Origin: Nemertoderma westbladi
Taxonomy: Eukaryota; Animalia; Xenacoelomorpha
Length of the DNA stretch: 64,000 nt
Reading direction: 5' to 3'
Assembly (NCBI GenBank): GCA_032718475.1
Contig: JAUCBJ010009012.1
Location: forward strand, 1 to 64,000
Part shown: positions 63,709-64,000 of the stretch, piece by piece
Position numbering within the stretch: position 1 is the first letter of the stretch
How the letters are laid out: each line of letters begins with the position of its first letter
Notes under the pieces: generated by a model
What the model was told of the DNA's origin: nothing
What the model saw: the letters and a program-made list of their open reading frames with translations, nothing else
Databases searched by the model: none
Translations under genes and position numbers: made by a program

Positions 63709-64000
63709 TGTAAAAGCTTTTGCGGATATAATCAGTCCCCCTGCCCGCAAAGTACCGTTGTAGGTGTTTTAACGGACATAAAAGTCATTCTTCTATATGT
63801 GTGCTTTGGCGGACATGGCAAGGCACAAAACCCGCAATGCGTCAAATACTCTAGCACAGTGTAGCCTTGATGATTCAGATTACGACATCTAACAGCTGGT
63901 TGCTGGCATGGAAACGGCCATTGGACACATGGTTCTTTGTTTAGCTTAACAGCCAATCAGGGCGATTTTTACTGTCGATGTGGAGATATTCTACAGATCG
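63709..64000 (+). repeat. 3' LTR (partial)
   Basis: Direct copy of 46430-46721. Confidence 0.95.

Larger units (their letters stand above)
46430..64000 (+). mobile_element. BEL/Pao LTR retrotransposon, >17.5 kb, with the 3' LTR cut by the window edge
   Basis: Direct repeats starting TGTAAAAGCTTTTGCGG at 46430 and 63709 (offset 17279). Purine tract before the second repeat. Gag-PR-RT-RH-IN in one ORF. Predicted 5-bp TSD GACAT (46425-46429) cannot be checked here. Confidence 0.96.

Overview
Animal-type nuclear DNA, rich in repeats, with no prokaryotic features. The only host gene is a mitochondrial aconitase (ACO2) on the minus strand. Four exons are visible (37034-36291, 34593-33958, 33610-33412, 26052-25870) and the rest of the gene lies beyond the left edge. 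Intron 3 is almost entirely a 28-bp tandem array (~7.3 kb). The 29-bp satellite filling most of 1-25725 reads, on the gene's sense strand, ATGTTTGTTTAG|GT AAA TGT ACW ACC GAT. That is a splice acceptor plus the codons (G)KCTTD, the next residues aconitase needs after exon 4, so the gene's own exon-5 junction appears amplified about 700 times, with each copy able to regenerate a donor (AAAG|GTAAAT). A Kolobok-like element with nested elements interrupts this satellite. Right of the gene are a LINE RT relic, MITEs sharing a bipartite core motif, an Academ-type transposon with an apparently deleted transposase core, a tRNA-derived SINE and a 63-bp array. The window ends in a very large (>17.5 kb), young BEL/Pao LTR retrotransposon. 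It has an intact 2653-aa gag-pol and a second ~1417-codon frame, broken only by two in-frame TAG codons, that encodes a DEDDy-like 3'-5' exonuclease and zinc knuckles. All calls were made by eye; no searches were run.
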